From contig MCFH01000008.1 in the NCBI GenBank assembly GCA_002104945.1, positions 496,001-560,000 of the forward strand: DNA of 64,000 bases. Direction: 5' to 3'. How positions within the stretch are numbered: the stretch's first letter is position 1; each line of letters begins with the position of its first letter. Origin of the DNA: Piromyces finnis finn (taxonomy: Eukaryota > Fungi > Neocallimastigomycota). This document shows, one piece after another, positions 26,454 through 40,406 of this stretch. Under the pieces are notes generated by a model that made no database searches, was not told where the DNA came from, and was given only the letters and a program-made list of their open reading frames with translations. The translations under genes were made by a program, and so were the position numbers.

Positions 26454-29243
26454 CTTAGTTTACTTAAATATATAAAAAGTGGATACTAGGCAATATATGT
26501 GTCGGTATTTTATTGATATTTTTAAAACTATGGCTTTGCTAACAATAATAAATTATTCAATTAACAATAAAATTAGTACAAATGATACATATTTTATTAT
26601 GCTTAATATTAATAAATTTGCTTACATATTACTTTTGGTTTTTCTATTATTAAAATCGTACTTTTATTATATTAATAAATTTTATTATCTATTTTAATAA
26701 TTAATTTTATTTTTACAAAAAAAAAAAAAGGATTTAGTCCATTTTTTTATCCAAAAACTTTTTTGTAAAATAAAAATAGTATTATTTTTATACTAACATA
26801 TTAGTCGTCCTTTATATGTAATTTAAATATGACAATAAAGTTGTATTTAATTTATTTTTATTCTGATTATAATGATATAATGATGTAATTTTGATTTTAT
26901 TTTTTTTAAAAAATATTGTATAAATTTAATAAATAAAAGAAAATAATGATATATTGAAAGATTGACAATATTTATATATCAAAACGATTAAATTGAAATA
27001 TATTCTACAGTGTAAATTGAAAAAATTATTTGTTAATAATTAATATCGAGCAAACAAGGCTTAGGAAAAATAAAAAAAAGGATTATTATTAAAATAAACT
27101 TTTATTTTTCAAATTCTTCTTGACGCTTATAGTTCAAATGGTTTTGAAATAATATTTTTAAAAGTATTTTCTTCTCCTAAAAATATTTCCAATATAATAT
27201 GTTGAAGGTCTATTCCTTTTGATTAAAACAATAATTTAATATTTATAATTGAATTGAATAGCTCCTCAGACTTTTTTTAGGTGTTTTAATATAAATATAA
27301 AATTATAAATTTCTTTTATATTTATTACCTATTTTATTTATACCTTTGTTTTTTGTATTTATTTATTTATTTTATTTATTTATTTTTTGTTTACTTTGTG
27401 TTATTTTTGTTATTATATTTTGGTGATATTTGATTTTACTCTATTGAAATTTGATTTTTGATTGATATTTTTAATATTATTGCTTTACTTTTATTTATTT
27501 GTATATATTTATATGTTTTTATGTTTTTCTTTTTTTATTTATTTTATAATTTTTTTAAAAAAGAAAAAAAAAATTAAAGTTTTTCTAATTAATTTAAAAA
27601 TTCTTTTAGTTATTATTATTTTGTAATTAAAAAAAAAAACTTTTCAAGCATTCTTTTAATCAAAAGTAATTTTATTAATAATAATTAAACTACTGGTAAA
27701 TATTTACTTTTATTTTTTTTTAAAAATTTCACTTATCAACTTTAATAATAACAAAGTTTATCATAATTGATAATAACTTTTATTAGAACATTGAATTAAA
27801 TTAGAATTGCTCTTTCCTTTTTCTTTTTTTATAAAATTATAATCAATTATAAAATTTTATAAAAAAAAATTAAAAACTGAAAATTTTAAAAAATAAAATT
27901 TTATTTATTTTGTGCTCTATTTTTTTCCAAAAATATTTTTAATTCTAATTATTATAATAATATATTAAATGATTAAAATATTAATGATTCCAAAAATATT
28001 TTTTATTTTATATTTTTTAATATTATTAATTTTTCTATTTTTCCATAATATAATAAAAAAAAAACTAATTATCATTAATAAGTCATTGAAAGGCAATAAA
28101 ATCATTTGTTACAAGAATATGAATTAGCATAATTATTAAAAAAACAATTTTACCTTTTTATTTCATATTTAAAAGGTTCTTATTAAAATAATGCAGAAAG
28201 AATAGAAATATATTAAACATATTAATATCAACTTTAAAAAGGATATGAGAAAAAAAAAGTCTATAATAACATTAACAACAGCATAGAGAAGAAAAAACAT
28301 TTAATACACATTTAATTATAAAAAAAATACTAAAAATACATTTATAAACTCAGCAGAGTTTGTGCTACAAATTTTGAGATTCTAAGAAATTAGCCTGTGT
28401 TACCAATTTTATCTCTTCTCTACTCCATTTTTAAAAGTCAACCAAAGCATTTATAATATTAATTTTTAATTTATTAATAAAAAATAATTAAATAATATAT
28501 TTATTATATAATTTACAATATATTATTGTATTATATTAGATAATTTATGTTTATTGTATTACTAGTGTTGGGATTTAAAAAAATGAATAGGAGTATTAAG
28601 AGTCATATATTATAATTAAATCTAAATTATTATTGTTTTGTATTGATTTATTAAAATTTTATATATTAATAAATTTGTATATTAAAACATTAAATAATAA
28701 AATTAAAATAAGAATGTCATTATACTTGCTTTATTAATTTTATTTAAACTAGCCTCTAAATAATATAACATAAAGTTTATTATATTTTATTTTAATTAAC
28801 ATATTTATGTTCAATTAGGAAATAAAAATAAATAATAATTGAAATTGATTTAATTAAATCTTATTAGTATTATATATTAAATAGTATAAATTAATATAAT
28901 AATGAATTGATAATATATGATTATGATATTTATAATTATTAATATTAAATTATGTTAGATTATGTATTATTTATAAAATATATTATATTACATTATAATT
29001 TATTGTATAATATATAAAATTGTATTAACTTAAGCAACATATTAATTTAACAAAAAAGGAAATAAAATATTACAACTACTATTTAAATAATTTATAATAT
29101 ATTTACATATACTAACAATATATTAAATATAAAAGTCTTGTATAAAATTTTAAGGAGAAAAAGTAAAATAAAAACATAAAAATAATGATAAATTAATGTA
29201 ATGAAAAGTGTTTAATATGGTAGAATAAATATTATAAATATCA

Positions 29244-29385
<142 letters not shown>

Positions 29386-30974
29386 GTAGTAGTATTTATT
29401 ATGTTTATTATCATTTGACCGTTTTTTCCTTCTATAGCTTTCTAATATCTGATAATTTTTTAAGGCATTTTAATTAATTTTGTAATACTAGAAATAAATA
29501 AAAAACAAAAAAATAGCTAAAATAATAAAAAGAAGATAATTATAATTTCTAAGTAAAGTATATTTGTATTATTAACCCCGACTTTTATTTTCTTATTAAA
29601 TAATAAACAAATGTTAATTATGTAGGTAGTTACAATAAATTATTAATATTAAAAAAAAAAAAAAAGTATAATAACCATAAAATTTTAACCTACCTTGATA
29701 TTCCCCTTAAAATTTGGTTTAATAATTTTTATTTTTATTTTTTTTAGATATTTAAAACACTATAAAGGAATAAAGAAATACTTTTACTTTATGGTTAAAA
29801 ATAAGGCACCTCTTATAACCATGAATAATAAATCTTTTAAATTTAATTATTATTTATTATTATTTAAAAATTTGTTAATTGACATTTTATTATTATCAAC
29901 TGAAATAGAAAGCCCATTTATATTTATAAATAGTCAATATTACATTAATATATTATAGAATATATTATAATAAATAATAATGTATTCATTTTATAAAACC
30001 AAAAAATAAACTTTAATATTAAATTTTTTTTATATTTTTGATAATATCCTTTTTTTAAAAAAAAAAAAATTATAATACCCAAAAAATGGAAAATAAAAAT
30101 TATAAAAAAGTATAAGAATTATCATTTATAAAAAAAAGAGAAAAAGAAAAAAGTAAATGTACATTTTTATTAACACAATTTATTTAAAAATATCATTATA
30201 TTGTATGAAGTATTTTTATTTCTTTTTTATTATTAGGTATAAATGTATAAAATAAACTTATTTACTAAAAAAATATAAATTCTTTCCTTTTTTCTATATC
30301 CTAATTTCCTTTTTCTATTATCATATGGCAATGACAAAAAACTTGTACAACCAAATAAAGATAAATTAAAATTAATATAAAATATAAAATTAATGTATTA
30401 CAAAATATATTAAATAATATATATTATATTATATATAAATTTAAATTAAATAAAGAGATAATCCTATATATTGTTTTTTTATATAGTGGAATGTAGAAGA
30501 GTAAAAAGAAATAAAAGGCCAAAGCTTTTCAAAAAAAGGAATTTGTATTCTAAGGTGATGGAATTAAATAAAAAATTAAAAGAAAAATGTATAATTAGGA
30601 TGAATAAATTATTAGTTTTTTTTTTTTTAATCAAACAATGTTTTATTATAAAAGAATGACAAAGAAAAAAAAATTATCTTTGTATCAAATCATTATAGAT
30701 ATAATGTAATAAAATGGTTCATACACTATTTTATTATGAAAATAAAAGTATAAAATATAATTTTTAGTTTAACTTTTTAGTGTACTTTTTGAAAAAATTC
30801 ATACATATCTTATAGCCTATAATACTTTTTTTTTTTTTATAAAGCTAACCTAGTTTGGAAGTAGTGACCTTTTTAAATATACATTTAAAAATAAATTTAA
30901 TAAAAATAACAAAAAAGATACTTTTAATAAAACTTTTGTGGAATATAATATTTTATTTTCTCAGAAAAAGAGAA

Positions 30975-31040
<66 letters not shown>
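30975..31040. repeat. (AAT)n microsatellite, about 22 units
   Basis: Uninterrupted AAT run, intergenic. Confidence 0.95.
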
Positions 31041-31045
<5 letters not shown>

Positions 31046-31811
31046 TAAAAATAAATGAAAATACAAATTTTTTAAATATATCATCTTCTAAAAACTTTTT
31101 TGTTCTAAAACATTAAAATAAATACCAATATTTTTATTCTATCCATGTGTATATGAATATATATATAAAATATTTTTTTTTCTTATTATATGAACAATAA
31201 AAAATTTTGTTTGAAAATATAGTATCTATATTTTATAAATGCAATTTTTATTTGATATTATTTATTACAATAACGAAGAATTCAATGATTATATGACATC
31301 CTTCAACTTCTGTTATATATAATTATAATTATAATAGTAGATAAAAGTATTAGATAAAAAATAATAGAGTAAAAATTAAAAATAAATGATATTCATGTTT
31401 AAAATTAATGCTAATTGTTTATTCTACAATTATCTCATTTTAATTCTTTATATGGATTGATGTATATAATTCATCGATTGTCGATTTATAAAATTAGAGT
31501 AACATTTTTAAATATTTATATATTTATAGTATATTTTTAAAAACAAAAGTAATGATATTAAAAATAATATTTTTGTGATTGATGGCTATATATGAATGCT
31601 TTTTAAAAATGAATCCAAATTTTTATATAATCTTTGCTAGTGACTTTATTCACTGATATATGCTGTTATATTTTAATTATATCATTTATTTACAAAAATA
31701 AAATGAATAAAATTTAAATTTATTAGTTTATTTTTGAATGTTTAACAGTAAATTGTAGTTTTCCTTAGAAAAATATTAATTAGTGATAACAGTAGCAATT
31801 GAAATATCTTT

Positions 31812-33102
31812 TTAATTAAAGTTTGTTAAATTTGCAATAGGTTGAGCAAGATCTTCATTAATACACTCTTCACCAATAAAAACACCTCTTTTCCTAAGTT
31901 GTTTTCTATAACTCCATTGAACATCACCGGCAATATTATCTGGAGTATAAATATATGAAGGGTATTCAACAGCTTGAACTATCGATGGTTTTGAGGTTGT
32001 TGAAGCAAATGTATATTTATCTACCCAATCTGGTTTTACTTTATGTTGTTGTGATAAATCTTGACATCTGGCACCTGGAATACCTGGTGTACACATATAC
32101 CACTCTTCTACCATTTTACCATCAACAAAAGTCCAGATCTTATCTGGTTCTTTTCCAAAACCACTAAGGTTAGCATTTTCACCATATGACATTGCTAATG
32201 ATCTAGCAAATAAATCACACTGTATTTGAAAATATGTTATTTATTTAATATATAAATTATGCATATATTATAAAATAAATATTTAGATTTAATTTCACTT
32301 ACAACACCATGTTGATCGACAACTAATACTGGATCATCTTCTGGTGGAAGGGAGAAAATATAACTTAATTGGTCAATAAAACTACCTCCACAACATGTTT
32401 CAGCATCAGGATCAAGACCCAAATTTAAAGCAAGGGAATATGTTTGATGATACTATTTAAGTTTATTTTAAATTAAATAATAATTAATAACAACATTTGA
32501 TTTATGGATAAATAAAAAAATATATTAATATTTCTACCATACGACGAGAAGTATGATGACCACGATTTCCATTATCTATATGATTTTTACATTTATAAAA
32601 ATTGAATTAAATTCATTTATTATAAAAATAATTAAATTTAAATAATAATATTTATATTAATACTTAATATATTATACTTACTTATGAAATCACCATTATT
32701 TTGAAGAATAAAATGTTGAGTAATAATTTTTTTTGGTTGTCTATAATATGGTGCATTTTTTCCAAATATATCAATCATATAAGAGGTACGAAGCATACCA
32801 GTAACACCCTTATTTGTATAAGATAACACCAATAATTATAATTTTATATTAAGTACTTTAAATGCTAATTTGATTATTATGAAAATTTTATTTAATCGAT
32901 TATAAATACATACTAATCCATCATCGGCAAAACCTAATCCATCCATGGAAGATATACGTCTCAATTCATCATTATTTTCTTCTAATTTACCATCTCCAGG
33001 CTTTTCTGCATGAGCTAAGAGATATACAACTCTTCCATAACAGATATTTATGTATATTAAAAATAATGCAAATATTTGTAAAAAATAATGATTGCATGCC
33101 AT
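31812..33102 (-). CDS. Secreted histidine-phosphatase/phosphoglycerate-mutase-fold protein with a variant active site (AHAEKP), 5 exons
   Basis: Signal peptide, then VVYLLAHAEKPGDG..GLGVTGMLRT..IFG..SRRMYHQT..LALNLGL..VLVVDQHG..DKIWT..TPGI. This follows the order of the fungal RHGEKP..GLS.G..RA..R.Y.T..LA..LGL..I.WEH..IW..CPG pattern. GT-AG introns at about 32913-32809, 32684-32576, 32537-32453 and 32301-32221. Confidence 0.75.
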
Positions 33103-34014
33103 CTTTTTTTATTTTTTTTTGAAAAAAAATGTATTATTTATTTAATTATTATTTTAAAACTTTACAATTTATTTTATTATTTATTCTTGTTTTTGAGAAT
33201 AACTATTAGTAAAATACTACTAAATATTTAATATATTATAAAGTAATGTAATATAATTAATTTATAGTGTGTTATAAATATTTGAAATTGAATATGGGTA
33301 TAATTATCATATATTGATTTCCTACTAATTATTTATTCTACCTTGTTTATAATCATTTATTTATTTTTTATTTATAATTATATATATATATTTCTATTAT
33401 TATTTTTATTTATTATTTATTTATTTATTTCAACATTTAATCAATTTCCACATTTATACTTTTTTATGATTAAAATATATTTATTGTTTTTTTTTTTTTT
33501 TTTTTGGTAAAAAAAAAATAAGTTATATAAAAAGAATTCTTCAATATTTATTATACTATTAAAAATGTCTTAAAAATTCTTTTAGTTATTAGGAATGATT
33601 TAACCTTTTATAGAAATATTGGAATAGAATGTTGCACGAAATAATTTATATATTATGGTATAAAACATTATTTAGAATATTCGTTTATCAAATTTTTTTT
33701 AATATATTCTTCAACCAATATAGTATTATATAATTTAATTAAATATTTAATAATGTATTGGTAATTGCTAATTTTATGAAGTAATGTACAAAAATATTAT
33801 ATAAAAAAAATTTACCATATATTAAATTTTATTAAGTATATTTTATTTTAATATTAATTTAATTAAATATAAAATGGAAAATATTATATAATATAATATA
33901 TTTTTTTTTCTTTAAACTTTGAAAATTAATAAATCAAAGATTTCAAAAAAATAATTATATAAAAATAAAAATATAAATAAAATATAGATAATTATATAAT
34001 AAAAAATAAAAATA

Positions 34015-35755
34015 ATGAAGTCAAAATATTTATATTTAATATTTTTATCAAAAGTTTTTGCTGTAAAAAATAATTATCAGCCTCAGCAAGCAGTTCCTAC
34101 TTCAGGTCCAACACCAACAATAAATACAGCAAATCCAGATTTATCCGAAGCACTCACATATTACGATTGTTTTTCTATAGAGGATTCTAGAACTTGTGAT
34201 GGAATGAATATATACTTACCTGATACAGGTGTTTATTATTCAGAAGCATCTTCTTTTGATAAATATGTAAATAGTGAAGTTAACAATGACTTTGGAATTC
34301 TTAAAGCACTTTGTCAAAATTCAAATATTAAACATGATGTTAAAAAAATTGCATATAGATATAGCGTATTTTGTGGTAGATTTGCATATGCTCAAGGTAT
34401 TAATAATAATTTTACTATTAAAATAATTATCATATAAGAAATCATAATATTTATTAAATTTGGAAATAAATGAATAATTTTTTTATTTATATTATTGTTA
34501 TATTTAAATATAAAAATTGTTGTTAATATTTATTAGCACGTTGGTGTCCACAAAATGATAAATCTAATCCTAATTTAAGAGCTAATCCAAAATTATCTAT
34601 ATGTAAAAGTACATGTATTGAATATGCAAAAAGTTTTGCAGATTATGGACAAACAGTTTGTGGAAATGTTGATAATTCAATTGGTGAGAAAATAAAGGAA
34701 AATATTATTAAAAAATGGTGTAATTTATTTTCTGATGATGAGGGTTGTATAAAAGGAGTAAAGAAAGAAAATGAGCAGTGTGGTAAATATACAATTATTC
34801 TTAAAATTTAGAAACAATTTATATAGTTAACCAATAACTTATTTTTTTGTATATTAATTAAAACTAAACATAAAAAAAAAAAAAATAGGTTATAGTAGTG
34901 CACAAATGGCTGTTGAGGCACAAACATTCAATCCACATAATAGTTGTTGGGATAACAGCGAACAAAATAGCGAAGTTGTTGATCAATTAAAACAAAAAGC
35001 AACAAAAGAACAAAATGAAGCTCCAAAAATGGGAAGTATTAAATGGGAAGTTGTTTATCCATTAAGTTCTTTAGCTGTTATTGCTATTATTACATTCATA
35101 TTCTGGATAAGACAAAATAAACAATATAAGCTTGGATATATTCCTCATTCAAATACAAAAATGAATGAATATGATATTAAGCCATCAAGTGCAGAACCTT
35201 CAAGAGAATATGTTGATGATGACTTTATTAAAAAGTTTGAACTTGAAATTCCAAAGGCTACATTAAATAGAGCTGGTTCTTTATCAGTAAAGAAATTAAG
35301 CATTAGTCAAAAAGATAAACAAAAGGAAAAGAAGTACATGATTGCTATTTATAATTATCATCCACAAAAAGAAGATGAATTGGAATTACATTCTGGAGAT
35401 CGTATACGCGTTGAACATGAATATGAAGATGGGTAAATATATAATTAAAAAATATAATTAAATACATAAATATATATATAATTATGATAATAATAATAAT
35501 AATAATAATAATTAAATTATTATTTTCTAATAAAAAAAAAATAGTTGGGGTGCTGGTATTAATGAAATGACCAATAAGTTTGGTGCTTTCCCATTAATTT
35601 GTTGTTCTACAAATATTTCAAATAATGAGGAAGCATTACCAAAACGTAATAAATCAAGAATTACATCAAATTCAAGTGTTAGAAGAAAATCTTCAAAAAA
35701 TACTCCTCCTGTACCTCCAATTCCATCACCATTAGTTAAATCCCATTCTTCATAA
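34015..35755 (+). CDS. Single-pass membrane protein: signal peptide, 12-Cys ectodomain, TM, cytoplasmic SH3, Pro-rich tail
   Basis: Exons 34015-34396, 34537-34782, 34889-35432 and 35545-35755. TM: YPLSSLAVIAIITFIFWI. SH3: MIAIYNYHPQKEDELELHSGDRIRVEHEYEDGWGAGINEMTNKFGAFPLIC. Tail: PPVPPIPSP. Confidence 0.88.
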
Positions 35756-36565
35756 ATAATTATATAATAAGAAATAAAACAAAAATTAAATATTATATAT
35801 TATTATTATACTATATATATGATAAGCATATATATTTAAATAATACATAAATGTGTATATATAGCATACAAAAATATTAGTGAATATATTAACAAGCATA
35901 TAATTAATAATCAGCATAATAAGTAATAATATAAAGCATTCATATATATATATATTATATCATTTAGTATAAATTTTTGATTAAATTACATTTATACTTA
36001 AAAAAAAAAAAGAAAAAAAACTATTTTAAAAAAATAGAAATTGAATTAAAAATTTATATCATATTGTTATAACAATTAAAAAATTCTAAAAGAAACTTTT
36101 TCATTATTATTATTTAAATTGTACTTTAATGTTTTACTAAAATAATTATAAATTTATAAATTAATATAATTATAATAAATAAGGAATCGAAAAGGATGCA
36201 AGTTAATGTTTTTGTTTTTATTTTTATTTAAAAAAAAAAAAATTAGTTTTATTCATATTATTTATATATTTATTTATTATAATTATTATTTCTTTGAATA
36301 AAAAAAAAAAAATTAAGTATATAAATGTATTTTAGAAATTAAATTAAAAAAAAAAAAAAAAAGTAGTTATATAGTTATGTTAAGATCTATTTTGAATTTA
36401 TTTGTAATATTAATCTGGAGTCCTCTATCATTATTTTAAGAATATTATTATGTTTTTTTGTTTTAGATTTGTTTTTTGTTTTTTGTTTTTTTTTACTATT
36501 TATTTGTTTATTCATTTATTCTTTTTTTTTTTTTTTTTTTTTTTTAATAAAGACGATTTATCTAT

Positions 36566-36816
36566 TTATTTATATGATTTCTTTTCACCCTTCTTTTTAA
36601 TCTTTAATATAACACCAGCAGCTATTGTCTTTCCTTCAGAACGAATAACAAAACGACCTAAATTCTTATTTCTGGAGAAGGTTTCAGCACAAATTGGATT
36701 AGCCAATTTAATTTGTACAATTGCACTAGCATAATTCTTGGTAAGGCATCTAATGATAATCACATATTAAAATATTAACAATTAATTATTTAAATAGCGA
36801 GAGATTGCTAAAATAA

Positions 36817-36850
<34 letters not shown>

Positions 36851-39711
36851 CTTTGGCTTTTCTTTAGCAACAGTTCCATTTTTATTAAATGCACGAATTA
36901 ATTTTGAGAAATGCATTTGTTCAGTAATATGTTGATGATGAATAATGGCTGGATATCCGATGGTAATTGGATTGTCAATATCAAATAAAATAATTTTACA
37001 TTCAAAACGTTTAGAATATGGGATTGGTTCTAAGTAAGATGAAAAGAATGATTTGGAACTATAGTATTGATTATTTTAATATATTAGTATTAATATATTA
37101 TTCGATTTATTTTATAATTATGATTTTATAAAATATAATAAAATAGTTGCATAACAAATATTTACGTTAATTGAAGAATATCTGGACCAGTAATACCAAC
37201 AGTAACATTATCACCAGTAATAGCGTACTTTACAGGGTTATAATTAACCATAATACCTAAAATTAATTATTATAATTATAATTAATAATAATAATAATAA
37301 AATTAGAAATTAAATTATTATATACTAATAAATAATAATTATTAATTTACTTTTAACTTGAGCATATTCATTTGATGGAGTTAATAAAACATTTTCACCA
37401 ATTTGGATACTACCGGATTCAATTCTACCATTGACTGTGACATTGGCCCCTCCAATACCTCCACTATAGAAATCAGAAATAGCCATACGGAATGGCTTTT
37501 TAATCATATCTTTATTTAAGACAACTGTTTCCAAAGCATCTTTATTTATTTTTATTTTGTTTATTTTTAAATGAAGAAAAAAAAAAAAAAAAAAGAAAAA
37601 AAAGAAAATTTAGAATATAAAGAGATATATAACTGTACATATAATTTAATAATATTATTTTACTTACCAATTTGTTGTATTAAAGTATTATCTTTATACC
37701 ATGAACAAAGATCTTCATTTTCACGTTTTATAAGATTTTCACCCACCAAACCACTACAAGGAATAAATGATATATTTTCTTTTGAAAAACCTACTGTAGA
37801 AGTAAGGAATCCAATTAATCTGTTTTGGATTTCATCAAATCTATCTTTTGACCAACCCATCTATTAGGATTAAATTATTGTATAACATTTAAAAAAAAAT
37901 AAAAAGGTTTTTATATTAATCAGTAATTGATATTAATTTATAATGTTATTTAGGGGATTAATCATACAGTATCTAATTTATTAACAGCAATAATGATTTG
38001 TTGAATACCAAGACTTCTAATTAATAATGTATGTTCACGAGTTTGACCTCCAGCATCAAAACCAGTTTCAAAATCACCAGTTTTTGCATTAACAACTAAG
38101 ATTGCAGCATCCGCCTATGTAATTATTATTATAATGTTAAAATATTAATATTAAAAAAACTATATGTATCATTTATTTTTATTAACATACTTGGAATGCT
38201 CCAGTGATCATATGAGTAATAAAATCTTTATGACCTGGAGAATCTAAAAGATAAATTTCTCTCTTTTCAGTTTCAAATTTAGTAATAGCAACATTCATAG
38301 TTACACCTCTAACATATATAATAAATTAAATAAATGTTAATAATGTTATAACTTTTCATAATAGATAATAATTATAATAACCTATCTCTTTCTTCTTCAG
38401 TTTCATCTAAAACCCAAGCATATGCAAATGAACCTTTACCAATTTTTTCTGCATCTCTTTGATACTTTTGAATAGTACGTTCATTAACATCACCTAATAA
38501 TGTTAAAAGATGACCCATTAAAGTACTCTTACCAGCATCTACATGACCTATAATAATCAAAAGAGAATATATATTTTAAATCAATAAATGAGGGCAATAA
38601 TAATCAAATAGAATTATAATTTATTGAATTAATTTTATATATTATAAATTACCAACAACAATAAGATTAAGTTTATCCTTTCCAGATTGATTAGTATCAT
38701 TTTTCATTAATTTTTCGATATCTTGTAATTTTCCAGATTTTGGGATATTTTGTTTCTTTGTTTCGTTTGAGTTCTTGGATTGACTATTAAGACTTGTTGT
38801 ACTATCATTGGTTTCACTTTTTATTTCAGTTGAACTTGTAACATTTAAACTAATGATCTTTGGTTTCGATGATCCTTGATTATCATTATTACTTCTAACT
38901 TGAGGAGGAGTACTTACTATATTATTTTATATTATAAGCATAATATAAAATAATACATATAATATTAAAATTAATAATAATAATAATAGATTTTTATAAT
39001 ATTTCTATAACTTCTCTTTTTATTGAAGTATTTCATTATACCTGTTTTGGTTTTTGACATTTCTTGAAATTGATCTAATGTATATACCTTTTTACTATCT
39101 ATTATAAAAGCATTTATTAAAATTTGAATATTTAATAATTATATTTCAAGAAATTCATTTAAAATTTAAAATCTAAATTAATAATAATACCTTTAACACT
39201 TAATTTTTCAAGCTTTTTTGTTGTTCCTCCTATTTTATTATTATTCTTTACTGGTTTTACAGCAACTTCATCATAATCATCATATCCATCATCTTTTGAA
39301 TTTGCATTATATATATTTTATGAATTATTGCAATAATAATTAATATGAAATTTGAAATTGAGATTAATTATATTAAAACAAAACTTTATTTTATTAACCA
39401 TCTTCATAGTAATCATCTTCTTCTTCTTCTTCGTAGTCATCATAGTCGTCATAATCATCGTAATCATCATAATCATCGTCCAAATAATCTTACATTTAAA
39501 AAAAAAAAATATTTAAATATAGCATTGATTTCTTTTAGAATAATTTTATAATAGAAATAACACAAAGTTTATTATATTATATAATGTAATAAATTTCAAT
39601 ATAATATATATATATTTTTTACAACAATAAAGACTATACACTAAATACTATTTCTTAAATGTTAAATGTACCATTATAATCGAGATTTCTAATATTTCTA
39701 TGTCTTGACAT
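36566..39711 (-). CDS. HBS1: HBS1-like translational GTPase (eEF1A/eRF3 family; partner of Dom34/Pelota)
   Basis: The N-terminus [12 protein letters not shown] is typical of Hbs1. G1 [41 protein letters not shown]3 DSPGHKDF, G4 NKLD, and C-terminal [18 protein letters not shown]. Multi-exon. Confidence 0.93.
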
Positions 39712-40406
39712 TTTGATTTTAACTTTTAGTCCAGATAAATAATAATTTTTATTGAGTTTAAGTACTTAAATTTATTTTTAAATTTATTACTGTTATTTTT
39801 ATTTTATTTATATGATTTATTTTACTGTTTAAATGTATTTAATAGTTAAATGTTGTATTGAAATTTCTTTACTTTTCAATCCAATTAAAATATTTTATAT
39901 ATTGCTATCAATTTTTTGTTGCTGTTTATCTTACCTATAATATTATAATATTGTAATTTGGTTTATTATGAAATGTAATAAAATGTATATAACATATCTT
40001 ACATATTTAATATATTTAATACTATAAAATTTTTATTAATGTATACATTTAAGAAGTTTATATTAAATATTAAAAATGAGTTATCCTCATTTTTATTATT
40101 ATAGTGTATAATAAGGAAGAAATTTTATAGTTAAGTAAGATTATCTTTTTTTTTATTATTATTATTTATATATTTTACTTCTTTTATATTATAAAAGAAT
40201 AAAAAAAAAAGAAAGTGAATGTATTATTGTTTTTAATATTTATATGTAAATATTATATATAAAATTCAATAAAATTCAAATTAATAAATAATTAATTAAT
40301 TATATTCTTAATATACAATGTTTTTTTTTTTTTTTTTTTTTTTTTTTCTTTAACATTATTAATAATACTTAAATACAGACTCTAATAATATAGAATCGAT
40401 TTTAAA
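39712..40406. promoter_or_regulatory. Short divergent intergenic region (putative bidirectional promoter) between HBS1 and TRIP4/RQT4
   Basis: The two start codons (39711 minus, 40407 plus) are 695 bp apart and point away from each other. No ORF lies between them. Confidence 0.55.
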
